Shown in pieces: positions 12,904 to 25,763 of a stretch of DNA of 64,000 nucleotides. Source of the DNA: Kudoa neothunni (lineage: Eukaryota; Animalia; Cnidaria); contig OZ199839.1 of assembly GCA_964304625.1 (NCBI GenBank), positions 8,604,221 through 8,668,220 of the forward strand. The letters are read 5' to 3'. Both the position numbers and the translations under genes were made by a program. The notes beneath the pieces were generated by a model. The model was not told the DNA's origin, did no database searches, and was given only the letters and a program-made list of their open reading frames with translations. Positions within the stretch are counted from its first letter, which is position 1; each line of letters starts with the position of its first letter.

Positions 12904-13483
12904 TACCATATGTACTCGCGTAAAGTCGCACCTCAGTTTTTGGTGTGTAAAATGGGGGTTTTCACTTGATCTATAGATGTAGATAAGTCACACTGAAAGT
13001 GTAAGCGTAAAACCGCCATCCCTAAAAATAAGTATCCTGAAATATTTAACTTCATTTAAAAAATCTACTTATAAATATTGGGAAACTTTGAATGTAACCA
13101 CAAACTATACAATTATAAGAGACAATTTAAATAAAAGCGTGCATTTCTTATATGATCAATTGCTATTAAAATATCTTAGAATTGAGATCTGAGTCTCAAC
13201 AACTCATCATCAACATCATTATTTAAAAAAAATTATCTTAGTTGGTCGTTAGATATTACATTATCAATAGGTACCACATCACAATAGCCATTCAGCTCAT
13301 CATCGTTTATGTCAGAGGTAATAGTCTTATCATCATACTCAATCTATGTGTGCGTGAATTCGAAGCAATTATGCCGATATTTCCGTTCTCAATTTTTCAA
13401 ATATGTCTGGTAGATATATTGCACCGCCATTTTGTGACGAAAAGTTTGTAAAAAAGATGCTACCTATACACGAGTATATGCGT
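12904..13483. mobile_element. pogo/Tigger-type non-autonomous element, degenerate
   Basis: Left end TACCATATGTACTCGCGTAAAGTCGCAC and right end CTATACACGAGTATATGCG resemble pogo-type TIRs (TACCGTATATACTCG.GTATAAG). An internal acidic peptide remnant is on the - strand. Confidence 0.5.
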
Positions 13484-14092
13484 TCAGATTTTTTATGAAA
13501 TTTAGTCTACAAAGTTCATCATAGAAAATAATATCCTTGGGAATTTTTTTTTAAAAATATAAAAAATTATAGTACATACTCTTTTTATATAATCTTCAAT
13601 TATGTTTAATAATAATAATAATACAATAAAATTTAATGTGCATAATTCAATATCGGAATTATTTAACTATATATTACCATGGCTTTTAAATTTTTTTTCA
13701 TTTAATTTTTTTAAAAGTCTCAAATAACAAATAAATATTTGACTATTTAAATTAGCGTTCAAATATTTATTAATACATCTCAGGTTTTATTTTAGCTTAA
13801 ACGAGGAGAAATTTTTGATAAGTTTTTAAAAAATTTATTTTTTTAGTCATTATTGAATTTTTTCATGACCACTAATAAAGTTTGGCAAGAAGGTGAGTCA
13901 TTTCGTCAATTGTAGATAAATACGCTAAAGTAAGGTCATTTTTAATCATACAAATTGGTCAATGGAAAATATGAGTCTTTAGGGACAACCCAGTGAACCC
14001 GTTGATATTTTATTGTATAAATATGATATTAATTTAGTCAATTGGAATGTAATCAGAACTATATCTTTCCATTGTAAAGAGTTGTTGTGGTA

Positions 14093-14526
14093 TTAATTGC
14101 ATAGAAAATCCAAACAAAGACTCATGGCGCAAAATCCAAGGCAGCAAGTCAATAAACCATCATTGTTTCGTTTCTCTACAACCGTTTCCTTATATACCAC
14201 TAATGGCAAACAATACTATGATAACTAATTAAGAAATTGGTCGATTAAATACCAGTAGGAGGAGGTTGCTGAGCTCCTGGACCATTCTGTGGGGGATAAC
14301 TTATAGGGGGGTATTGCTCAAATTTTGAATGCTGGGGTTCATAAATTGAATTTGGAGGCTTAGGATAAGATGGGTCGTAAGCGGTAGTCGGTGGATAGGC
14401 GCTTGGAGGCTGCGGTGGATCATGTGTTGGGTCCGGTGGTGGCGGATAGACACAACCGTAACCCGACCCTGGAAGATATTCGTTCGGTGGGTAAGGCGGC
14501 CCGTATCTTGGTTGGTTTGGATTCAT
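14093..14526 (-). CDS. CYSTM-like Pro/Tyr-rich tail-anchored protein, paralogue 1
   Basis: Exon 1 is P/Y/Q-rich (MNPNQPRYGPPYPPNEY...QQPPPT). A phase-1 intron leads to exon 2, VVYKETVVEKRNNDGLLTCCLGFCAMSLCLDFLCN*, a Cys-rich hydrophobic end typical of the CYSTM module. Confidence 0.8.
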
Positions 14527-17500
14527 TTTCTCCTCTAATAATGTGGATGACTACTTAAGAACTATTACCAATTTTATTTGGGATTAAACCTTTGTTGCAA
14601 GATGGTTTGTTCTGATTTTTTGGTGTTACTTTGTTTTGATCGGATTATGGATCAAAATAACAATTTGGTTGGTTGAGCTTATCAATAAACTCCTCAACGA
14701 TAATTCATCAACGAAATTCTAGATATTATTCGAAAAATCAGGACAATATTAAACAATACTGGTTGCAAGCAAGTAAGAAACCAATGTTTCTACAATCTAG
14801 ACAGTATTAACTTCAAAAAATCTAAAATCTATCCATGAAAAGTCTGTTTCATGTGTTGGGTAGGAGATATATCCTCTTTTATAACCCATATCATAATCTA
14901 ACTTTAAATCTCTAAATCAATAACAACATTGTAGTGTTGGTTGTTATTTGAATCATTGTTCACTTGTTTTAGTCTCTTAGATCGAATACAAATGTATATC
15001 TCCATATAACATTATTTGAAGTGAATTTACTATCAAAATCATTTAAATTAGTTAAATAGTGCCAATGATTACAATGAGGTGTTTGTCTAAAATATCAATT
15101 TATTTCTCACACTGATAGTCGTTCTTTTCCTAGAACTTATGTCAACAAAAGTTAAAATGTATTGTTTCTATCTCTAGTAAGAATATGACAATAGCTTTAC
15201 TGGTACAGCCAGAATTTTTAAATCTATATAAAAAGATAAATTTATAGAAATGTTTTTTATACGATATAAATATCCAATAAAAATAACTCGTTGATAATTA
15301 AAAGATAATAATAATGGATTAGTATTTTCGAACAAGGGATTAGATATATAGATGATTAATCAGCCTAAAATAACATGCGACTTTGGTTTATTTTAATAAT
15401 TCAAGATTTATTGAAAATATAAACGTTATTAGTAATTTATAAATTTTTGACTATATTCAAAGAATATCGAGAAAATTATTTGAATAATAAATATTACGCA
15501 TAAATTAAAAAATCAATTATTATGCATTGAACGCTAAAGTCATAGTTAATGATTATTTATATCATATTAAATCACCATTTAGTATCATTAACTGATAGAA
15601 TTAAGTGTATAATATTTTTAATGTTTATATACGTCGGATAGTCGTTTGATTTTATCAATAGAAATGTTCCCAATTCGATTATTTTAAATTCTAATGAAAA
15701 AAATGTCCTTGCAACTATTTTTTCTTAGCTTTCCCTTACCTATGTTCATATAATTAAGTTTAAAAGAATTCAACTTTATTCCGTTCTATTTTAAATATTT
15801 TCTCTAAATAGTTTTTCAACGTTATAATGATTTTTCTCTATTTAAACACAAATTAATAGTAATTTTATTAAATTATAATACCATAATACTAATTCTATAA
15901 TTTAAAGTTGCGTCAATTTTAAAAATATAATTTATTTTTATACATAATCGTAATATATTCTACAACTGATTTTTTTGAAATATAGTTTGTGGTAGTTTGA
16001 AAATACTTTACGTATATTTCAAAATTTTCGAAATTAATTGAAGTTATACAGGAATTATTATTGTGTATTATTTAGTAAATCATTATTGGCAAATTTACAA
16101 TTGTATATCCACTTAAGAAAATATATATGTATATTATTCTTAAAATACAATTTTAGGATGAATTAGATTTCTGTTCAATTGTAATAAAGACGATATGCCA
16201 ACATGTCTGACTTTGTATCAATTTTTTTTGAGAGTTGCAGTAATACTAAAAATAATTCTGTCAGCATGCTCATTGTTGCCTATTTAAGCTAAAGAAATAA
16301 TATCTACGAATCTTAACGTTAATGTTATTATTAATCATTAAGTTTATTGTATAAGAAGTAAAAATTTTATTCAAAATGTAATATTGTATATTAAAATCAT
16401 CTTAAGTCAACCCCTCTATGATTAAATACAAAATTATTTAGCGCCATCATCGAAATTTTAAAATGAGTCGAAGTACCAAGGTAAATACAGAAATATTTAG
16501 CTAACATCATAAACTGAAAACTTATAATTTATAGATCAAAAAATTTTATTATTAAAATATAATTTTTCCAAATGATATCAATAGTATTTAAAGTTTAATT
16601 CATTAATAGATTCGTATAAATGCATTTAATAGTCAGATTTTAATATCTATACAAATTAATTTATTGTTTAAAAATTTTGTTCTAATGGTATCTACGTATT
16701 TATCAATTCAATTTTTTAAATCGAGCTCTATTATTAACTGATATTAATACGCTAACTATGAGCCTTTGTAACCAATTTAGAGTGATAATATTATTTCCAT
16801 GATACAAAATCCACACGGTTTGAACGATCCATACAATGTTAAGAGTATAAACATAGAAATTCATCTATATCATAAATTACAGAGGTAGAATCGGTTGTTT
16901 AACCCCCCGAGCATGCCAAAAACGACTATACATCTAGCCGATTTGGGTTCCAGGAAGACCCCACTTTTTTCGTTCATATTTTCAAAGATAAAATTATCAA
17001 ATATTATTTAAGAATTAATAAATAAATCCATCGACTAGATACTAGATAATGAGGAAATGGAAAAAGATATTTGTATGAATGAATATTTTGCTCCGCTTAG
17101 ATTTCATATTTGGTTAAAATTGCATAATTACGCGTAAGAAGGAAAATTTAAATTATTCCGTGCATTATTTTAATATTTTTGATACCTCGGACCCCTTTAA
17201 TGTTTAAACCGCAAGATACTCTTATTATATTAAATTACATTTTTCAGTATTCTATATTAGAAATTATTATATCATTTATTATTTTTTAATAGAATAACAA
17301 ATTAACAATGTCCTTAAGATGTGATTTCTAAGATGAGTATATATCCATTAAATGAGTCACATAACCTCCTATCAATATAAGTATAATCTAAATTCATATT
17401 TATTAACTGTTTCAAATATTCTATCATCAGAAGGAACAACACTAGTGATGAATAAAACAATACTGAATTATAGACGAACAACTAATGTTTTTATTTTATT

Positions 17501-18419
17501 ACGTTATTGCAACAATATTTTGAACAGCAAAAACACATTGATTTTGTTCTTCTATCCGAACCTCGCAAACACAGATTTCACTATTCTTTTAACTTTAGAA
17601 ATGAAGCTTTCGTCACTCGAAATAAGAACAACATCATTGAGTAATGGTTTCACTAATAAATCCGCCAACTCTTCTAGATATTTAACTTTAAAGATGTTAA
17701 GTTTGTTAAATATAATTTTATACAAGTAAAACGAGTTGACTACACTTAATCCAATCATATTGTAAAAAACTACCATTGGCCATCTTTTGGGATATGGTTT
17801 TACACTCGAGGTATATAGAATACGATCCACCATATCTATCCCACCTTTGGTTTTCTTATAATCAATTATAATCTCAGTTTTTTTAGTATGATCCAGATGC
17901 AACCTAACATTGTTTTATGAAGTAACCAACAAAATGGCAATCTTGTTCTTTTTTGGCACATAGGATAACATCATCTTTTTCATATGATGAACAAAAATCG
18001 AACTAAAGACTTCCCTCATTTTGTTCGGCTTCATAATTGACGGAATTTCCCTGTTGTTGTGGCAAAGAGTTCCAAGAATTGTTAATAAAAGGTCAAGAAA
18101 TTTGTCAGACAATCCGATCGAGGTAAAGAAATTATCACATACGATAAATAACCAGATCTTTTTAGATATGACAACCTTCTCTCCTACATCCATGGTAACT
18201 TCATTGATAGTTTTACCCTGATAGATGGAAATATTATGGGTATAATTTGTGTGTGGATCGATTAATAGAAACAATTTTATGCCTTAGGCTGAAGGCTTGG
18301 ATGGCATACACTGTTTAAACGGGAACCTGTCACAAAATTCTACCACCTGCTCATCAACAATAAAACTTTCAGAGGGTGTCAAACACATTGAAATAATGCT
18401 TTTCCATTTATTAAAGATA

Positions 18420-21400
18420 GGCAGTGGCTATTGACACGATAATGAATTTCTCCAAATTCTTGAATTATTTGTATCTCTGCTATTCATTAATTTTTTAATC
18501 ATAATTATTCCTAAATAATTTTTAAATTTCCTGTTAAATACTCATCGTTGAATTTTCCACATGTAAATGCTGACATAATCAAGGAATATTGGACCGTTAA
18601 AGCATATATAAAGTTAGATAATGTTAACTATAGAAGTTATAATGCTTGAAGATGAAATTTATTTCAAATTTTCAAGGTTGGTTATTATCATAATGAAAAG
18701 GTAAGCGGTGTTTAGGCATCAAGACCTCATGGCTTAAAATCACTGATGTCTGCCAAATTAATTAGTAATACAAACATATAACCCAATATTTAATTTCGTT
18801 TATATATCAAATAATTTATTCTGTTTAATGTTTATTAAGCCGTATCTAACAACTCATGACACTTCATATTGTTAGTTTTTTTTCAAATATAATTCATTAA
18901 CTATCAGGTCGAATGTAAATTACTTAGCTGAAAAGAAATATTTAAGTTTTACACAGATAACTCCTGTGCAAACAAGTGCGATGGAGGATAACGTAGGAAC
19001 TTATATTTTTGAAGTGGGTAAAAAGTTTACCTCATTTAAGCATCTTGGAGATTCCATAAAATTATACGAACAGAAGACTTATAGCAACCTAATGACGCGA
19101 GATTCCAAAAAAAATTAGCAATATCAAGCGAATTCTCATTAAAGCGTTCAATGAGGATTTAATCTATTATTCAATAAAATATGTATGCTATTTTAGCAAT
19201 CAGTATCGATACCGATCAAAAGGTATAAGACAATGTCAGTCTTAAAAGGAAACTGTTCGGTTCATATATCCTTGAGTATTAGTCCCGATGGACAAACACT
19301 TAAAGTGAAATCCTTGAATTTGGATCATAATCACGAAAGAAATGAAACTTTTTTCAGTTATTTGCCACCGCAGCGTAAATTGGATAAGAATAAAGATTTA
19401 ATATCAGAGTTAGTTTTTTTGGGAGTCAACAAAAAATTGCTGCAATCTAAAATCCAACAAGAGACCGGGAAAAAAATTACATTGAAATCAATACACAATT
19501 CCAAAATAAATATGTCGAATAAAATAAATGATATCAACTATATTCATCAATTGTTCAACGTTGATTATAATTGTGATGTGAGAATATTGGCTGACGAAAA
19601 CAATCAAGTTAATGCAATATTACTCCTGGATGATGAAATGAAGAAGTTTTTTTCTTTTTTCCCAGAGCTACTTTTAGTTGATGCAACCTACAAACTACTA
19701 GATTCACGGTAATTTTTACGAATGTTATCTTGTTTTATTTGACCTATTTTTATTAATGTTTATCTCCTTAAATTGTAGTGCTCCCCTGTATCTAACGGTT
19801 TCAGAAGATTCTATGGGTTTATCTCATGTAGGTAGTGCCTGCATTATGTATGAGGAAACTGAAGCTGTTACCAACTGGTATATCAATGAACTAATATAAA
19901 TTGTACCGTGGATAAAATAATCAGTACTGTCCATTGTTACTGATAAGGATTTAAAACTTCGTAAAGCTCTGAAAAATCATTTTCCTAATTCTACATTAAT
20001 TCTCTGTAAATTTCATGTAATACAGACGTTCCAGCGACAATTGAGACTTGCTAAATATAAGATAAAAAATGAAGTCAAAGATAATATTTTAGATATTATT
20101 AGAAAAATGATGTTTTCGAAAAACGAAGAGCAATACCAAATCTTACTTGCTGAACTATACAATCACAAATATGAAGACATCAACGATTATTTCAGAAAAA
20201 ATTGGGACCCAATTCGGTCACAATGGATAATTTCTTTGAGTGATGCGAGACACTATTACGACAACCTAACAAACAATAGATTGGAATGCCTCAACTCCAA
20301 ATTAAAGGCCACCATTAAAAAATTTTCTAGATTAGATGAATTCTTTGAGAAATTTTTCACCGTTTTAAATTCTCTAAGAACAGAAAGGACATGCCATATT
20401 GTGGCAGAACTGTCAAAATCGACGCATTTAAATATTGAGAGTGAGGTAGAAAGAAATTACTGCGATCTGTTGACATCATTTTCTTTTAAACTGATAACCA
20501 AAGAAATTAAAAAAATGGGAGATAAATTTAATGTTGGAATAGAGTATGACTCCACTTCAAATTCTTGTACGTGTCCCTTCTATCGTTCTTACCAATTGCC
20601 CTGCCAACACATATTCGCTCTGACTTAAATTATTGATGCTCCTGTTCGAACCCCAACTGTGTCATTTAAGATGGAGAAAAGATCGTATTTCAAAATTTAT
20701 TAAAGAAAATATTAAAATAAGTACAGTAAAAAACAATTTAACAGGGTCTATAGTAAAAAAGAAGAATTCGGAAAACCTCTCAACTTTTTCCAAGCGAATG
20801 AAAACCGCTAATGTGTATATAGACAAATTAGCAACAATTGCTGCGGAATATTGTGGTGAATATTTCAACTGCTGTGTGGAATATTTTCGAATCTCAGAAA
20901 GAATAATTAAAAGCCATAACCTAGTCGGTTTAAAGAAATTAATAAGTATACATTATTATCTACTAACATAATGATTATTTTTAGAGTCAGAAAATATTCT
21001 TGATTCATCCACAGAATGCAATGTAGATACTGATATAGTCGAGTCACCATCCCCTTGTAAGAGTGATAACTTTTTAAACCTATTTATAGATATTAATTAT
21101 ACTAAATTAGGTGAGAATGCAAATTTCATAAAGGCTTGTCTGAAAGTAACCACCAGCCCGAAACATGTGTAGTCTCCATATCACCAATTAAACTAAAGGA
21201 AACTCCCGAATCATCGCAGCCCCAAAATGACTCAACTGGTGACAAGTCTACAGAATGTTTGGGAATAAAAGGTTTGCATCTTCTTTTATTGTAATAATTA
21301 TTATTTAGATCTTATATTGCCCAAAAAAGTAAAAGAAGTTGGGAGACCCAGAGGATACGGATTAACCGCTCTTAAATGGTCAAGAAAACGATCTAAAAAT

Positions 21401-21805
21401 TGAAAATTTATCAAAATAAATAAAACAATATAATCAAATTCAGATTATCTATTCTATAATGATTATGTTGATTTACATATCAAAGCTTACTCTATTCGCA
21501 ACCCAATTACATGATATTATCAACTAAAACTTCTCTTCTGTAATTAAAAGGAACTTATTTTATTTCAAAAAAAGTTAATATTATCTCACTTAAATGTTTA
21601 AATGCGCCTTGGAAGCTCATATAGTCGCATTAAGGATGGAAAATACAAAAATCTACACTCATAGGTATAATATTAATATTTAATATTTTTTATCATAAGT
21701 TTCAAATCTTGTATGAAAAAATGTACTAATTAATACTAGAAATTAACTAATGTAAAATATCTAATGATTGCCGAGAAATTCATTAGCGTGTCAATAGCCA
21801 CTGCC
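18420..21805 (+). mobile_element. Mutator-like (MULE) transposon nested inside the piggyBac
   Basis: 33-bp TIRs GGCAGTGGCTATTGACACG(A/C)TAATGAATTTCTC at 18420-18452 and 21773-21805; perfect 9-bp TSD TTAAAGATA at 18411-18419 and 21806-21814. Confidence 0.95.
18981..21403 (+). pseudogene. ZSWIM3-like MULE transposase with SWIM finger and spliceosomal introns; carries frameshifts and a stop
   Basis: Motifs FEVGKKFTSF, LDHNH, LLVDATYKL, VTDKD, LCKFHV, TNNRLECLNSKLK, SWIM CTCPFYRSYQLPCQHI and C-terminal GRPRG. GT-AG intron 19709-19778 restores the frame (DSR/APLY). Confidence 0.88.
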
Positions 21806-21994
21806 TTAAAGATATCAGTTATTGGACAAAAATATCATTTTCACGCCGTACGGTCCTAGTCTCAAAATCATCAGATTGAATATTTCTACTGAGTTGTGTA
21901 AATCTTTCTAGCGACATTATTGTTCTAAAAATATCTCGCCACTTATTCAAACTCCCCAATTAATTGAGGGATTTCATCTTGGATTTAAAAATAC

Positions 21995-22019
21995 ATATAT
22001 ATATATATATATATATATA
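21995..22019. repeat. (AT)n microsatellite inside the piggyBac transposase region
   Basis: Direct reading. Confidence 0.9.
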
Positions 22020-22990
22020 AGATCAAAATTTATTTGTGTTAGTAATAATGATTTTATAAGATTCATCATCATAAAATAACGAAAAACAATCTATAATGCA
22101 ATAGATTCTTGACGATGCGAATGTAGATATTCCCGAGGATTTGTATAAAGTATTTTCCCTCTTTGTTTAATTATTTGAGGAAATATCAGGAGACCATACA
22201 ATATTATTTTTATCTTTGTACATATTAATTGACTCAAACTCATCAACGCCATCAAAACTAATAGAAAAAAACTTATCTTCCATATTATCGTCAATTTCAC
22301 AACACTCTGATTACTCACTTGGTGGAAATTCAGTAAAAAAGTTCTCCATGTTTCAACTCGGTAGGTATCGGTGACCATAAAATCATATTTCAATCAATAT
22401 GTATACGACCATATTTCCTAATATATCAGTATTTAATTTTATACATGTTTTAATGAAAAAAAATTAGGGTCTGGGCGGGCCTCAAAACGGCTAAGTGTAT
22501 AAAAAATATTTAGGAGATCGTTTTAAATTTATTTTTAGTTATAACACATTTTTTGTATTCATCTTAACATATCTGAAGAATAAAGCCGGATTTCATTAAA
22601 TAGAACTTTTTAACAATGAGTAAATTTCCCCAGAATTTGGATTGAGGTCCATTGGACCCCAAACATGCTCGGAGGGTTAAGCAGTAAAATTTCTTAGTCA
22701 TAACCAACAATAAATTCATACTTATTTTAATTAACATATCGATACAATTTTTGCAGGATTATGTTTCCACGCAAAATTTTACAATGTATTGATAATATAT
22801 TGATTGTAAATTCAAGTAAATTATTAATTGTTATTTAAAATTTGATACTTAGAAACAAAATTGGATTAATTTAAAGTTATAAAGAATAAACCATTTTTAA
22901 TTGTTGTGTTTGTAATCAACGCTATCAAAGAAATATGCAATCACTAAAAGGTAAAGATTCGCATCACACTAACGAAGTATGTTCTCTTGG

Positions 22991-23435
22991 TTAATCATCA
23001 ATAGAATTTAAACATAACCAAAGACTACAAAGCGTAAGACAATCTGAAAACCATCCATCATCTTCTTCCTTTTCCGCATCTTTTTCCTTCTGGCAAACTG
23101 TATGATACAAATAAATAACTGTCGGCTAAGCTAAATTTTCATTAGTTACCTTCAGTTGGGGGTTGGTCTTGGGAGCTACATGCTGGAGGATTATTAGGGC
23201 ATGTTGGTTCCGTATATTATGGCTGTGAGGGTATATAGATAGGTGTAGGAGAGTGTGGGTATGGTTGCACAGTGTTTACGTTAGGAGAATAAGCACATGC
23301 AGATTGAGGTGGAGGTAGATATCGAGACGGTAAACAAGGGGGTACGTCATGTGGGACCTGGAGTGTATGATTTGGGAATATCCATTGCTTTGGTGCGCTG
23401 GATGATGGATCGTAATTATTATTTCCTATATTCAT
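22991..23435 (-). pseudogene. CYSTM-like paralogue 2 with in-frame premature TAA
   Basis: Colinear with paralogue 3, but has TAA at 23217-23219 where paralogue 3 has CAT. The frame continues (YTEPTCPNNPPACSSQDQPPTE) to the same phase-1 intron and exon 2 VCQKEKDAEKEEDDGWFSDCLTLCSLWLCLNSIDD*. Confidence 0.75.
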
Positions 23436-24999
23436 TCGTCAACTTAACAACTAAAAAAAGGATTATCCTTAGACGAAATGAGGTGATAAAAATATTTTTT
23501 ATGTTATAGGGTTAAGTTGTTTTAATCTTTTATTACGATTAAGTCGTATGTATTTATAACATTTTCGAATAGTTAAATCATAATGGATTACTTTACGTTG
23601 AAGGCAGCCACCTTTAGCAACAATTCACTGCCAATAATACAAATTATTGCGTTGCATGACAGGTTCTTACCAAAAAATTATAAAAACGGTATTTTATAAG
23701 TTAATTACAATATAATAATTTTGGTAAATTATTCTAAAACTTTATTTATAAGAAAATAGCCATACAAAATTCCATACATTATTTGACATTTAGGATTTAT
23801 AAATACACAAACACTTAATATTATTTAAGGTGTTATTCGTCGAATTCCCCTTCGAGCGATTGGAAATACCTTTTATTTTTTTATTATTTTGGCTAAAATG
23901 ATAATTTAGTTCCTTATTTAATACAGAATGACTTATTTTTTCTAATAACATTGAGAAAAACATAGCATAATATTATACCTAAGGAAATTATCGATACATC
24001 AAAACCTCCATAAATTTCGTCTAATAATTTTTTTTTCTCACCATTTTGTTAAGACACTCTTATAATTTTTTAATATAATTATCGACTAAATAAATTTTTC
24101 TCATTTATTTTATGAGTTCAAACTATGAATGAGGAAGGTGGTTACCCTGATATAAAAATAATAACTATTATTATCTAGGTAACAAAGAAGAGAAGCACAA
24201 ATTTTGGTCCTCATTTGATATAAACTCCTTATTATTAACGCTGTATTATGTTGCATTTGTTTTTAATATCCTGATAGAATTACCGCATTGTATAATATTA
24301 TTTCATCAAGTGGAAGCAATACACGAAGCATCTCATTTAAGGTTATGCCGCTGATTAATTACGTCCTACTAGAAATGACATCATCAAGGAAATCATTTGA
24401 GAAGAGCTTTAAAAATGAATATAACGCTAATTAATAACTTATTGATAATGGTATTCTGGTTAAAATTTAGAATTATGGCCACATTTTCCGATTAAAGATT
24501 ATAATTGGTTCGTAGATTAATCCTGAATTTTTTATAACAAATTTGCATGAAATACGTCGAACATTTAGTGGTAGGAATGGGTGGATTAATTATAATAAAT
24601 TATTGTTGATGTTAACGTTACGCATTTGATACAATTTAACACATAATGTTTGCAGACAATATGAATTTCATATTCTTATAGACAGAATTAATAATAGGCA
24701 ATCACTAATGATGGAATATGACAATCAATAAAAAATCATAGTTGTCACACTCAAAATTTAGGATAAAAAAGCATGCTTTACTCCATCGATTAAATGGTTT
24801 GGCCTGTGGAAATAACTACGAGGGGCTAGCAGATATTTAAAATGTATATTACAAAAACTATTATTGATAACAAATGTAGTGCTGAAAATAACCTACTGGT
24901 GGTGAAACAATGATAAATACAAAAAATTAGAATAATCAACAGGTTCGATTTTTATAATGGTCGCTGATTTGGATTACGGTCAGTATTCTACATTTTAAC

Positions 25000-25763
25000 C
25001 GGTATTCTTATAGAATCAACAAATTTCATAAAATATGGAGAAGCTAGATTTTCGCTTCATCGAAAAAACAGGAGACGCTGCTTAAGAAACTGTAGAAAAG
25101 ATGTTTCAATTTTTGAATATACTTTTTTATAACAACATGAAACTATAAGTTAATGATTTTTTGGAGTTAGCTTACTATTGGTTGGTTGGTGTAAAATCTA
25201 TCAACCGGATCATAATTACTCGCCATTCTTCCCAAACAATCACTAATTACTGTCACTAACATAGACAAATGATGGCTGACAATTTGGAAGTCGAATACGT
25301 CGTAATTGGTGGAGTGGGAGTAATTGTTGAAATAGACGAGTCCAAGTTTGGGAAGGTGAAACATAATCGAGGTCATGGTGTTAATGGTGCGTGGGTTCTT
25401 GGAGGTGTAGAGAGGACGCCAGAATGAAAAATGTTTTTGTCGGAGATTCCAGATATAAATGCTGAGACACTGATAAACATCATAAAAACTTCCGTGAAAA
25501 CTGGACTGGCGATCATCACTGATTGGTTCAAAAGTTACGGAAAACTTTATAATTTTTACCACCATCTCATTGTCAATCATAGTATAGAATACGTAGATGG
25601 TGAGACAGACGCCCACACCAACATAATCGTAGGGACATGGGATGCAATCACGCACAAAATATCGCCTAGAAATAGGGCATCGTCAATAAATGATGACGGA
25701 ACAGTCAGCATGGATGGTTTCAATGAGTTCCTTGATGAATTCCAATGGAGACGGAAAACATAA
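25000..25763 (+). mobile_element. Merlin / ISXO2 (IS1595-like) transposase remnant
   Basis: IGGVGVIVEIDESKFGKVKHNRGHGVNGAWVLGGVERT, then an in-frame TGA, then IITDWFKSY..VNHS..YVD..HTNII..W..YL-like FLDEFQWR. Ends not found; start approximate. Confidence 0.88.

Larger units (their letters stand above)
16903..22676 (-). mobile_element. piggyBac DNA transposon with both ends, transposase disrupted and interrupted by a nested Mutator element
   Basis: TTAA (16899-16902) + CCCCCCGAGCATG ... CATGCTCGGAGGG + TTAA (22677-22680): a 13-bp TIR with 1 mismatch, plus subterminal TTTGGG.TCCA..GACC repeats. Transposase motifs FRTIMSLERF (~21900), VDEQVV, CDNFFTS, LGTL, TKGGIDMVD and KRWPMVVFY are on the - strand. 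Confidence 0.93.

Noticed and set aside
23217-23219. In-frame TAA as evidence for a TAA=Gln alternative genetic code
   Set aside because: Intact genes here have no internal TAA/TAG and paralogues terminate at TAA, so a nonsense mutation is simpler.
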